A DNA stretch of 12,713 nucleotides from Archangiaceae bacterium (GTDB lineage: Bacteria > Myxococcota > Myxococcia > Myxococcales > Myxococcaceae), in contig JAYVCD010000361.1 of the NCBI GenBank assembly GCA_043750125.1, forward strand, positions 1 to 12,713, written 5' to 3'. Each line of letters opens with the position of its first letter. The stretch's first letter is position 1. The position numbers were made by a program, and so were the translations under genes. The notes beneath the pieces are model-generated. The model was given only the letters and a program-made list of their open reading frames with translations, was not told the origin of the DNA and did not search any database. This document shows, piece by piece, positions 1 to 7,670 of this stretch.

Positions 1-409
1 GACACGAGTCGTGAAGCATCGCGTCAAGTCGAGATCCAACTCGCATGATCCAAAGCGAAGACAATAGATAGAACTGGACACTTGGATTCGCGAGCAGCCG
101 AAACTCGGGTGGATGTCGGCCGACCCCCTTGTTTTTAAAATAGTCCCACTCCGCATCTGCTCCGGAGAACGCCAGTTCTGCACGGTGGACTAAGGCCATG
201 GGCTTCGGAATCGCAATGACCTTTCCCAAGGGATCCGATGCCCACTGAAAGTCCTTTCCGTCGAGGTCAGCCTTAAGTTGGCGAAGGCGTTTCCCTAGTC
301 CTGACTCGTATTCAAGAAACTTCAGTGCAGAGTTTGAAGTCTTTTCGTACCAAGCATCTGACTTTGCTCGTCGGTATGCGAACCACAATTCGTCATCGGT
401 TGTTTTCAA
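1..409 (-). CDS. 5' part (136 codons, runs off the window edge) of a probable defence-associated reverse transcriptase, UG1/DRT1-like (RT-nitrilase class)
   Basis: Hand translation from TTG at 409 is stop-free to the edge: MKTTDDELWFAYRRAKSDAWYEKTSNSALKFLEYESGLGKRLRQLKADLDGKDFQWASDPLGKVIAIPKPMALVHRAELAFSGADAEWDYFKNKGVGRHPPEFRLLANPSVQFYLLSSLWIMRVGSRLDAMLHDSC. The pattern AYRxAKxDxxYE...FxxYExxL...LG(x)5PK...FRL...SxxFxxLSxLWIxxVGxxLD resembles, from recall, the RT0-RT2 region of nitrilase-fused UG RTs. In-frame TAA at 428-430 bounds it upstream; G-rich RBS-like run 10-15 nt before the TTG. The catalytic YxDD motif is outside the window. Confidence 0.72.
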   Translation of the reverse strand, partial: MKTTDDELWFAYRRAKSDAWYEKTSNSALKFLEYESGLGKRLRQLKADLDGKDFQWASDPLGKVIAIPKPMALVHRAELAFSGADAEWDYFKNKGVGRHPPEFRLLANPSVQFYLLSSLWIMRVGSRLDAMLHDSC

Positions 410-449
410 GATTCGTCGGCCCCCAAATTACTCAAACCGTGAGCCGCTG

Positions 450-478
450 AGAATGAGCCCGAAATGAACGTGGGGCAA
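450..478 (-). promoter_or_regulatory. Candidate sigma70-type promoter for the RT-like gene
   Basis: On the minus strand: TTGCCC (478-473), 17 nt, CATTCT (455-450). Predicted transcription start near 443, about 35 nt before the TTG. Confidence 0.4.
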
Positions 479-519
479 CGAGAACGCACATTTCGAAGTC
501 CGCAGCTTGCCCGACTGGA

Positions 520-805
520 TTACGGATTCAGTGTGGTGGCAAGACTTCCCGCATCGACCTCGAAGATGCGACGGTCGTCGAAGTTCTCGCCGCCGTCCGC
601 GCTTTGAACCCGAACAAGCCCGCTCCGAAGAAGAACGCCGACGCCGCACTCATCACCAAGGCCCTCACTGCCTCGAAGCACGAAGGTCTCACCGTTCTCG
701 TCACGAGGTCCGGCATCACCTTCCGCGGACTGACCATCGAGAAGCTGCAATCGCTCGCGAACGTCCTGCTCCGCACCAAACTGCCCACAGCCGAACCGCA
801 CCTCC
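520..805 (+). pseudogene. 5'-truncated remnant of a host-type hypothetical protein (C-terminal part only)
   Basis: Frame +1 is open from 457 to 903 with no ATG/GTG or RBS. From about 520 it has GC3-rich codons and reads LRIQCGGKTSRIDLEDATVVEVLAAVRALNPNKPAPKKNADAALITKALTASKHEGLTVLVTRSGITFRGLTIEKLQSLANVLLRTKLP. It resembles, from recall, C-termini of a myxobacterial hypothetical family. Protein-like character is lost before about 520 and after about 805. Confidence 0.5.
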
Positions 806-823
806 GGCGGGTTGTTGATTGTA

Positions 824-861
824 GAAAACGGACTGCCGCCTGCCCCGGCCGGCGGCAGTCC
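824..861 (-). terminator. Intrinsic terminator of the tautomerase gene
   Basis: Perfect 11-bp inverted repeat GGACTGCCGCC (830-840) / GGCGGCAGTCC (851-861) with a 10-nt loop, followed on the minus strand by GTTTTC; begins 12 nt after the TAG at 874. Confidence 0.7.
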
Positions 862-873
862 CAGCACACTCGG

Positions 874-1074
874 CTAGCCCCGTTTTCTTTTCTCTGTCAC
901 TGAGATTCCGCCGACGCCCCAATTGTCGGTGTCGACCTCGTCGATGATCACGAAGGTGGTGGCCGGGTCTTTGTTCAGGACCCGTACCAGCAGATCCGTC
1001 ACCCCTTTGATCAGCTCGGCCTTCTGAGCGGGGCTCGCTCCGTCGCGGGTAATCCGGATGTTGACGTAGGGCAT
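874..1074 (-). CDS. 4-oxalocrotonate tautomerase family protein (66 aa)
   Basis: N-terminal catalytic Pro (MPYVNIRI), QKAELIKGVTDLL, V-I-I-D-E-V..NWGVGG signature; GAGGT RBS upstream. Confidence 0.95.
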   Translation of the reverse strand: MPYVNIRITRDGASPAQKAELIKGVTDLLVRVLNKDPATTFVIIDEVDTDNWGVGGISVTEKRKRG

Positions 1075-1142
1075 TCGTGACCTCGTTTTCGGGTGGGGGG
1101 CCCCCTGAAAACAGGGGCCGGCTGACGGCGAGCACCGTTACA

Positions 1143-1154
1143 GAACGCTCATTC
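1143..1154. promoter_or_regulatory. Imperfect palindrome, possible TetR-family operator between divergent genes
   Basis: GAACG-CT-CATTC (reverse complement GAATG-AG-CGTTC) just upstream of the AAGGAG RBS of the oxidoreductase. Confidence 0.4.
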
Positions 1155-1174
1155 CAAACCAAAGGAGAAGCGCC

Positions 1175-2101
1175 ATGAGAGCAGCTCAAATCAGTCAGTA
1201 CGGCCACGCGGACGCAATCAAGCTGAAGAACATGCCCAAGCCGAAAGCGGGCAAAGGCCAGCTGGTGATCGAGGTCCACGCCTCGAGCATCAACCCCGTC
1301 GACTCGGCGGTGCGGGAAGGATTCTTCCAGGTCCCGCTGCCCACCACCCTGGGCTTCGATGTCTCGGGAGTGGTCGATTCGGTCGGGGAAGACGTAGCCA
1401 CCTTCAAGGCCGGAGATCGCGTCTACGGCCAGTCGAACCCCCTGCGCGGGGGAAGCGGAGCGTTCGCCGACTACGCCCTCGCTCCGGCCGCGATGCTGGG
1501 AAAAATGCCGGACAAGCTGTCCTACATCGACGCGGCCGCGGTCGCCCTCACCGGGACCAGCGCCCTGCAGGCCCTCACCGAGCACCTCGCACTGAAGCAG
1601 GGTCAGAAGATCCTCATTCACGGCGGAGCCGGGGGGATCGGGTCGATCGCCATTCAGATCGCCAAACACCTGGGAGCGTTCGTCGCGACGACGGTCAACG
1701 TCGATGACGTGGACTTCGTCCGTCATCTCGGTGCGGATCAGGTCATCGACTACAAAGCGCAGCGCTTCGAGCAGCTGGTTTCCGACTTCGACGCGGTGTT
1801 CGACACCGTCGGCGGGGACACCCTGGCGCGCTCGTACCAGGTGCTCAAGCGGGGTGGGATTCTCGTCTCGATGACCACCGCTCCGAACGAGCCGTTGGCT
1901 CAGCAAATGGGAATCACCGCCTTAATGCAATTCACCCAACCGACCCCCGAGCGGCTGGCTGCACTGGCCCGGTTGGTCGATGAGGGGGTGGTCAGCATCC
2001 ACGTCGAAAAGACCTTCCCGCTCGAGCTGGTGGGCGAGGCGTTCAAAGAAAAAGAGTGCGGCCACGTGCGCGGGAAGATCGCGATCGAAGTCAAAAAGTA
2101 G
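1175..2101 (+). CDS. NADP-dependent oxidoreductase, MDR / quinone-oxidoreductase (zeta-crystallin) family
   Basis: ASSINPVD, LGFDVSGVV, GDRVYG, ILIHGGAGGIG nucleotide-binding motif, LGADQVIDY, C-terminal RGKI; no Zn-ligand Cys set; AAGGAG RBS. Confidence 0.95.
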   Translation: MRAAQISQYGHADAIKLKNMPKPKAGKGQLVIEVHASSINPVDSAVREGFFQVPLPTTLGFDVSGVVDSVGEDVATFKAGDRVYGQSNPLRGGSGAFADYALAPAAMLGKMPDKLSYIDAAAVALTGTSALQALTEHLALKQGQKILIHGGAGGIGSIAIQIAKHLGAFVATTVNVDDVDFVRHLGADQVIDYKAQRFEQLVSDFDAVFDTVGGDTLARSYQVLKRGGILVSMTTAPNEPLAQQMGITALMQFTQPTPERLAALARLVDEGVVSIHVEKTFPLELVGEAFKEKECGHVRGKIAIEVKK

Positions 2102-2156
2102 CCTCCTCCCACCCATCCAAAGTGACGGAATGGGTTGAAACCCGCGAGCACCTGAT

Positions 2157-3272
2157 ATGTCCGAGCCCTTGATGCGTCGGGCCTGGGCCTTTTTCAGCGT
2201 GCTGGTGCTGCTCGCCGTACCCGCGAATGCCTACGACGCTGTGCTCTCGGGGTCGGCGTCGGTGGATTACCGCTACGTGAGCGGTCCGATTCCTCCGCTG
2301 AACCCTTCGCCGCTGGGGATCAACGGCCTGACGGTCGAAGTGGCGCAGAAGGTCGTCGTCGACATCGGGCACGGAGTCAGCTTCTCGGCCAAGGCCTGCG
2401 GCGGCTGTCACGGAATCGAAATTGATCAGGCCTACGGGGAAGTGTCGCTCGCACGCGGCTTCAACCTGCGGGTGGGAAGACTGAATGTTCCGTTCGGGGA
2501 GTTCACCGTTCGGCACGACCCGAGCAACTTCTCGACTCCTTCCCGCCCGCTGCCATTCGCGATGGGCGACATGCTGCAGTACGGCCGCGAGGGCTTCAAC
2601 CTCGGAATCGTGCCCGCCCCGTACGTGGACAACGGGGTCGAAATTTTCGGAAGCCTCTCGCTGGGGCAGACCACCCAGTTCGACTATTCGCTCTACGCGG
2701 TGAAGGGGCTGGCCGGCGACAACGACCTCGACTTCGCGCGCTCGCGCACCTACGTCGACAACAACCGGCTGCCCGCGGGCGGGGCGCGCCTGGTGCTGAC
2801 CGGAGACAACTGGGCGTTGGGTGGCTCGGTCAACGGCGGGACCTACGACGCGGCGGACAAGCTGTCGTATTTGATGGCAGGCCTCGAGCTCTACCTGCGA
2901 CTGGGGCCGGTGACCTTCCGCGCCGAAGCGCTGGGGCGGCGAACGGACCTCGACCCCAAAGCCGCGGGCTATCGGTTCGTGCTCACCGATGCCTGGTTCC
3001 TCAAGGCCGGTTGGTACGCCCAGCTTGATTTCGAGCTGGGCAGTCATGTGACCGCGGTCCTGCGAACCGACGGACTGCAGCGGTTGGGGATGCCGCTTCC
3101 GGGCAGTGACCTGCTCGAGTCCTCGAGCGGGGTGCAGCGTCAGACCGCGGCGCTGCTGCTGACCATCAACCAGCACCTGGCGGCCAAGCTCGACTACGAG
3201 CTGTGGACTTTTTCCGGCGTCGCCTACCCGATGCGCCACGTCGTCCGCGTGGGTCTGGTCTTCGGGTACTGA
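2157..3272 (+). CDS. Outer-membrane beta-barrel (porin-like) protein with an internal CxxCH motif
   Basis: Signal peptide ending PANA, alternating amphipathic strands, EIDQAY..FNLRVGRLNVPFG porin-type segment, C-terminal aromatic residue (VGLVFGY). CGGCH is encoded at 2397-2411. The start may be ATG 2172. Confidence 0.8.
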   Translation: MSEPLMRRAWAFFSVLVLLAVPANAYDAVLSGSASVDYRYVSGPIPPLNPSPLGINGLTVEVAQKVVVDIGHGVSFSAKACGGCHGIEIDQAYGEVSLARGFNLRVGRLNVPFGEFTVRHDPSNFSTPSRPLPFAMGDMLQYGREGFNLGIVPAPYVDNGVEIFGSLSLGQTTQFDYSLYAVKGLAGDNDLDFARSRTYVDNNRLPAGGARLVLTGDNWALGGSVNGGTYDAADKLSYLMAGLELYLRLGPVTFRAEALGRRTDLDPKAAGYRFVLTDAWFLKAGWYAQLDFELGSHVTAVLRTDGLQRLGMPLPGSDLLESSSGVQRQTAALLLTINQHLAAKLDYELWTFSGVAYPMRHVVRVGLVFGY

Positions 3273-3273
3273 C

Positions 3274-3855
3274 ATGTTCGCGCTCGTCTTGATGTTGAGC
3301 CTCACCGCCGCTCCGCCGGACGCGCGGATGAGCTACGAAAAGAAATGTCTGTATTGCCATTCGGAAGAAGTCAGCGAGAGCAAGAAGCTCACCGAGCTGC
3401 AGTGGAAGAAGGTGATTGAACAGATGCGGCGCAAGTCGCCCCTGCTGATTGCACGCGCCGATGTGCCGCCGCTGATGAAGTACATCATCGGCACACTCAA
3501 GCTCGGACTGCCGCCCAGGAAGCGGGCCGGGGTGGCAACCTTGAAGAACGAGCCGATCTCCGAAGAGCCGCCGCGCCCCACCGCTGCCGTCCCCGTGCCT
3601 GTCGAGCCTGCGGTGGGCCCCGCCGTGAGCGACGCGCTGCCTTCGCCCGAGGAAGTGGCCAACGCAGAAGAAGGGTTCGAGCTGATGCAGAAGCGCTGCT
3701 CGAAGTGCCACACCCTCTCGCGCGTCTATCGAAAGCTGGACAGCTTCGAGCGGTCGATGGCGGTCGTCGAGCGGATGCGAATGAAGACGGGGTCGGCGAT
3801 CACCGACCACGAGCTGGCGATTCTCGAGACCTACCTGCGCAACCAGTTCGAATGA
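3274..3855 (+). CDS. Exported diheme cytochrome c (two small class-I-like domains, Pro-rich linker)
   Basis: Signal peptide; CLYCH (3346-3360) and CSKCH (3697-3711), each followed about 20 residues later by V(I/V)ExM, a candidate distal Met, as in SorB / P840 cytochrome c551-type domains. Starts 1 nt after the barrel stop. Confidence 0.88.
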   Translation: MFALVLMLSLTAAPPDARMSYEKKCLYCHSEEVSESKKLTELQWKKVIEQMRRKSPLLIARADVPPLMKYIIGTLKLGLPPRKRAGVATLKNEPISEEPPRPTAAVPVPVEPAVGPAVSDALPSPEEVANAEEGFELMQKRCSKCHTLSRVYRKLDSFERSMAVVERMRMKTGSAITDHELAILETYLRNQFE

Positions 3856-3856
3856 G

Positions 3857-5653
3857 TCACAGGCAGCAGCGCAGGCCCAGGTACGCGGCGCCGCCCAGGC
3901 CGGGCAAGACGTAGTCCCGCGCATCGCAGCTGAGCTTCGAGTCGCTTTGACCAAATGAGCCACCGCGCGTCACCCGCTGCGGGGCTCCTTCTCGAAGCGG
4001 CGACGCAGTCCATTCGGCGACGTTGCCGACCAGGTCGAAGATTCCCGTCGGGCCCACGCACCCGCTCATTGAGCCAGAAGCGGCGGGCCCTTTTTCCTTC
4101 TCGCTTCCCCGGGTGAAGCAGCGTCCCTTGCCCAGGCTGTCGCCCCACGGGTAGCGCTGCTTTCCACACCCCATCTGCCACTCGGCCTCGGTGCACAGGT
4201 GCTTTCCGCTCTTGGTGCAGAGGGCGACGGCCTCGGCCCAATCGACCTTCGTCACCGGCACGGCTCCTTTTCGGTTGGGGTACTCGTACCGGTCGATGAA
4301 GACGTCGCCGACCCGCACCATTCCGTTGCGCTGAGCGAAGGCCAGGCGCCGGGCCAGCGAGGCGAGTGGATCATCGGGAGCGACCGGTGCCAGGCGAGCC
4401 GCGGCGGCGAGCAAGGCGAGGGCCTTTTCGGAGTCGCCGCGATCGACCCCCATCTGGGCCTCGTGCCGAAGGGTGGCCCCCACCTTTCCCCGCAGCGCCA
4501 CCCATTCGGGCCGCGCTGGAAAAGCACCCTCGGCGGACAGCAGCTTGTCGAGCGCGAGCAGGGGCGTCCTGGCATCGAGAGCCCGGGTGACCTGCTCAGC
4601 CGCGGCCGCGACGGCGCGGGCGACGGGGTCTGAGCCGACTCCGGCGGGCGCATTTTCCGGCGGAGGTCGAAGGAAAAAGGCAGCGAGCCCGAGGGCGCCG
4701 ACGAGGGCCGCTCCTGCAATCAGGGGCCACCTTCGAGGCTTCGGCTTCAAAGCATCGCGAAGCTCGACCAGCGTTGAGCGCACCTGGGGGGCCGAGGGTC
4801 GTTCTGCGGGATCCACCTGCATCAGCGCGAGGACCAGCGCGTCGAGCTTCTCGGGCACTTCCGACCGTTCTGCACGCACCCGCGGGCGCGCGAGGCCCTG
4901 GTGCATCCTCACCACCTGCTGCGGATCTGAATGGCGAAACGGGAGGTGGCCGGTGAGCAGCTCGAAGAACAGGCAACCCAGAGAATAGAGATCGGAATGG
5001 GGTCCGAGGTTTTGGTTCGCCGCCTGCTCGGGCGCCACGTAGTCCGGGGTCCCCATCGCGTGAGAGGACCGGGTGGTCACCTGCTGCGCGATGCCGAAAT
5101 CGAGCAGCTTGGGAAAAGAAGCGCGGTTGGGGTTGCGGACGATGAAGACGTTCGCCGACTTGATGTCGCGGTGAACGAAGCCCGCCGAATGCGCCGCCTC
5201 GAGCGCGCTGAGCAGCGGCAACACCAGCTCGATCGCCTCGAGAATTCCAAACTTATGACGGGCCATTACCGTCTCGAGCGGCTCGCCCTCGAGCAGTTCC
5301 ATCACCAGGTACGACCGGCCATCGGGCAGCGTGCCGAAGCCGTAGACATCGACGATGCCGACATCGCCAATCGCGTTGACTGCTTTGGCTTCGGCGAGCA
5401 GCGAAGGCAGGCGCGGATCATTGCTCAGGTGGGGGTGAACGATCTTCAGCGCCGCCCGCTTGCCGATGGTCGTCTCGATCGCGGCGTAGACGGCGCCCAT
5501 GCCTCCCAGGCCCAGGCGCTTGAGCACCTGGTAGCCGCCGATGATTGTCCCCAGCAGCGGGTCTTCACTGGCGAGCACCAGCTCTTCCATGTCGTTGGGG
5601 CAGACCACGCTGTTCGCCGGAGCCTGTTGTCCACAGCGGCGACAGACTTCCAA
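3857..5653 (-). CDS. Membrane Ser/Thr protein kinase with C-terminal FGE/SUMF1-like domain
   Basis: N-terminal CxxC..CPxD ribbon; GLGGMG, AALK, HRDIKSAN, DFG, GTPDYVAPE, DLYSLG; TM helix (WPLIAGAALVGALGLAAFFL); IDRYEYPN, LCTEAEW, YPWG, DLVGNVAEW, RGGSF, GLRCC typical of the FGE-sulfatase domain. The TTG start is uncertain. Confidence 0.93.
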   Translation of the reverse strand: MEVCRRCGQQAPANSVVCPNDMEELVLASEDPLLGTIIGGYQVLKRLGLGGMGAVYAAIETTIGKRAALKIVHPHLSNDPRLPSLLAEAKAVNAIGDVGIVDVYGFGTLPDGRSYLVMELLEGEPLETVMARHKFGILEAIELVLPLLSALEAAHSAGFVHRDIKSANVFIVRNPNRASFPKLLDFGIAQQVTTRSSHAMGTPDYVAPEQAANQNLGPHSDLYSLGCLFFELLTGHLPFRHSDPQQVVRMHQGLARPRVRAERSEVPEKLDALVLALMQVDPAERPSAPQVRSTLVELRDALKPKPRRWPLIAGAALVGALGLAAFFLRPPPENAPAGVGSDPVARAVAAAAEQVTRALDARTPLLALDKLLSAEGAFPARPEWVALRGKVGATLRHEAQMGVDRGDSEKALALLAAAARLAPVAPDDPLASLARRLAFAQRNGMVRVGDVFIDRYEYPNRKGAVPVTKVDWAEAVALCTKSGKHLCTEAEWQMGCGKQRYPWGDSLGKGRCFTRGSEKEKGPAASGSMSGCVGPTGIFDLVGNVAEWTASPLREGAPQRVTRGGSFGQSDSKLSCDARDYVLPGLGGAAYLGLRCCL

Positions 5654-5667
5654 ATCGAGGGTGGGGG

Positions 5668-6174
5668 TCAGCGGACGACCTCGATCGCGCCCGCCATTCC
5701 AGCGCCGGCCGGACTGCCATGGGCAAAGCAGTAGTAGCCAAAAATGCCGAGCCCGCGATTAAAGGTCAGCGTGAAGCTCTGCCCCGATGACGCCACCAGG
5801 ACCCCGGCCACCGGACCACACGACTGGCTCAGGGGGTGGACGCCAAAATCGCCGCCCTGAAACGTGACGGTCTGACCGAAACGAATGCGAATGCAGTTGG
5901 GCGCGTAGCGCTCGGTCGCTCCGAATCGAATCACCCGTACGGAAGCGGGGTCGGTGAGATCGACGAAGGTCGCGCAGCCGGCGAAAGCGGGGGCGCAGAC
6001 CGAAGCGGGCGCGACGCAGGCGGTCGCTTCACAGACTCCGCTCGCACACTCGAGCGCCGAGCTGCACCCCCCGTCGACTTCCGGGACGATCTGCCCCGAG
6101 TCGACCCACGGGCCGACGGTGGGCAGGCAAGCACAGGCGAAGAACGCGAGGGAAATGCAGCACAGACGAGTCAC
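5668..6174 (-). CDS. Lipoprotein with Cys-rich segment and plastocyanin/azurin-like cupredoxin domain
   Basis: Lipobox-like [17 protein letters not shown] segment; type-1 Cu ligand set His (GVHPL) plus Cys-x2-His-x7-Met ([14 protein letters not shown]). Stop is 14 nt before the kinase start. Confidence 0.85.
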   Translation of the reverse strand: MTRLCCISLAFFACACLPTVGPWVDSGQIVPEVDGGCSSALECASGVCEATACVAPASVCAPAFAGCATFVDLTDPASVRVIRFGATERYAPNCIRIRFGQTVTFQGGDFGVHPLSQSCGPVAGVLVASSGQSFTLTFNRGLGIFGYYCFAHGSPAGAGMAGAIEVVR

Positions 6175-6198
6175 GGGAGGACGCCTACTATGGCGCGA

Positions 6199-7527
6199 AT
6201 GGGCACGACTTTGCGATTGAGCACTTCGGGGGGCCTGGTCCGAATCGACCGGACCACCGGAACGCTGCGCTCGCGGGAATACTATTTGAGCGTGCTCTCA
6301 GGGCCCGACGCGGGGAGCTCGGCGGCGATCGACGGCCCGATGGTGGTCGGCACCGCTCTGACCGCGGGCCTGGTGTTGACCGACGGGGCGGTCTCGGCCG
6401 CCCACCTCGAGTTGTTCCCCAGGCCCGACGGAGTCCGGGTGCGCGATCTGGGCTCGACCAACGGGACGTTCATCGGGGGCGCGCGAATCGCCGAAGCGCT
6501 GCTCGAGGAAGAATCGACTTTGAAGATCGGCCAGACGCTGCTGCGCATCGCGATCATCGACGAGAGCATCGGCGTTCCCGACGGGCCGGCCAATTTAGGC
6601 GGAGCGATCGGCAGCAGTCGCCCGATGCGGCGGCTGTTCGGAATGATTTCGAAGGTCGCCCCCAGCAATTCCCCGGTGGTGTTGTTGGGTGAGACCGGCA
6701 CCGGAAAAGAGGTGCTGGCCCGGGCGATTCACCAGCTCTCGTCGCGCAGCGCAGGGCCGTTTGTCGTCTTCGACTGCGCGGCGGTCACGCCCAACCTGAT
6801 CGAAAGTGAGCTCTTCGGGCACGTGAAAGGGGCGTTTACCGGCGCCCAGACCGACCGCAAAGGCGCCTTTGTAGAAGCCCGAAACGGCACCCTGTTCCTC
6901 GACGAGCTGGGCGAGCTGTCGCTGGACCTTCAGCCCAAGCTGCTGCGGGCGCTGGAAGAGGGAATGGTGAAGCCGGTCGGCAGCGAGGGGTACCAACCGG
7001 TCGATGTCCGGGTGATCGCCGCGACCCACCGCGACCTCGAATCCGAAGTCAAAACGGGAGCGTTTCGGGCCGACCTGTTTTTCCGGCTGTGCGTGGTGCC
7101 GCTGCTGGTTCCTCCCCTGCGCGACCGGTTGACCGACGTCCCCGAGCTCGCGCGGCACTTCGTGCGCCAGCTGGGCGCGCCCGACGTAGAGCTTCCCGCT
7201 TCGCTGCTGCACAAGCTGTGTGCCTATGACTGGCCGGGCAACGTGCGAGAGCTGCGCAACGTCGTCGCCCGCGCGCTGATCGACGAGGCGATCGCGCTCG
7301 AGCCCCACCGGCAGCAGCGCGCCCGGCCGCCGGCGGACAGCGCGGTCTTGGTCGACCTTCCGTTCAAGGCGGCGAAAGAGCGGCTGGTCGACAGCTTCAC
7401 CCGGGACTACCTCGAGGCGATGTTGGCGCGGCACGGGGGGAACATCACCCACGCGGCCAAGGCAGCAGGCATTGCCCGGGCGCACCTCCACAAGCTGGTC
7501 GAGAAGTACGGGCTGAAGGCCACCTGA
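6199..7527 (+). CDS. FHA-domain sigma54-dependent enhancer-binding protein
   Basis: FHA ([13 protein letters not shown]), Walker [40 protein letters not shown], Fis-type HTH ([17 protein letters not shown]). Start set at ATG 6199 (ATG 6190 possible), not 5836. Confidence 0.95.
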   Translation: MGTTLRLSTSGGLVRIDRTTGTLRSREYYLSVLSGPDAGSSAAIDGPMVVGTALTAGLVLTDGAVSAAHLELFPRPDGVRVRDLGSTNGTFIGGARIAEALLEEESTLKIGQTLLRIAIIDESIGVPDGPANLGGAIGSSRPMRRLFGMISKVAPSNSPVVLLGETGTGKEVLARAIHQLSSRSAGPFVVFDCAAVTPNLIESELFGHVKGAFTGAQTDRKGAFVEARNGTLFLDELGELSLDLQPKLLRALEEGMVKPVGSEGYQPVDVRVIAATHRDLESEVKTGAFRADLFFRLCVVPLLVPPLRDRLTDVPELARHFVRQLGAPDVELPASLLHKLCAYDWPGNVRELRNVVARALIDEAIALEPHRQQRARPPADSAVLVDLPFKAAKERLVDSFTRDYLEAMLARHGGNITHAAKAAGIARAHLHKLVEKYGLKAT

Positions 7528-7538
7528 TCTGCCGGGGG

Positions 7539-7589
7539 GTGTCTTGAGAAAAGGGGGCACCGCTGCTCCGGTGTCAGCTCAGGGCGACA
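7539..7589. promoter_or_regulatory. Candidate upstream activator sites for the sigma54 promoter
   Basis: GTGTC-N12-GGCAC (7539-7560) and TGTC-N10-GACA (7572-7589) dyads, about 80-130 nt upstream of the predicted sigma54 start. Confidence 0.4.
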
Positions 7590-7641
7590 GTGCGGGCCGA
7601 TGAAACGCTTCGAGTTTCATAGACTTGAAAGCCGAATCGCT

Positions 7642-7657
7642 TGGCTTGCCGATTGCG
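7642..7657 (+). promoter_or_regulatory. Sigma54 -24/-12 promoter
   Basis: TGGCTTGCCGATTGCG: GG (7643-44), N10, GC (7655-56) with TGGC and TTGC cores; directly downstream of a sigma54 activator gene. Confidence 0.7.
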
Positions 7658-7670
7658 ATGCGTCCCGTCC

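Noticed and set aside
428-649. 73-aa minus-strand ORF in frame with and just upstream of the RT-like gene (possible partner or read-through)
   Set aside because: Arg-rich and not protein-like, antisense to the gene remnant, and covers the predicted promoter; nothing suggests read-through of the TAA.
410-870. Retron msr-msd or DGR template repeat beside the RT-like gene
   Set aside because: No flanking a1/a2 inverted repeats and no adenine-variant repeat pair seen; the only strong stem is explained as the tautomerase terminator.
716-1906. 396-aa minus-strand ORF
   Set aside because: Antisense shadow of the oxidoreductase, typical of high-GC DNA; also overlaps the tautomerase.
2091-3305. 404-aa minus-strand ORF
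   Set aside because: Antisense shadow of the barrel gene; no motifs.
5836-6198. N-terminal extension of the sigma54 activator given in the ORF track
   Set aside because: Overlaps the cupredoxin gene on the opposite strand; FHA-type sequence starts after 6199.
6200-6215. TGGGCACGACTTTGCG as a sigma54 promoter
   Set aside because: The GGCAC/TTGC cores are one base too close, and it lies inside the activator CDS.
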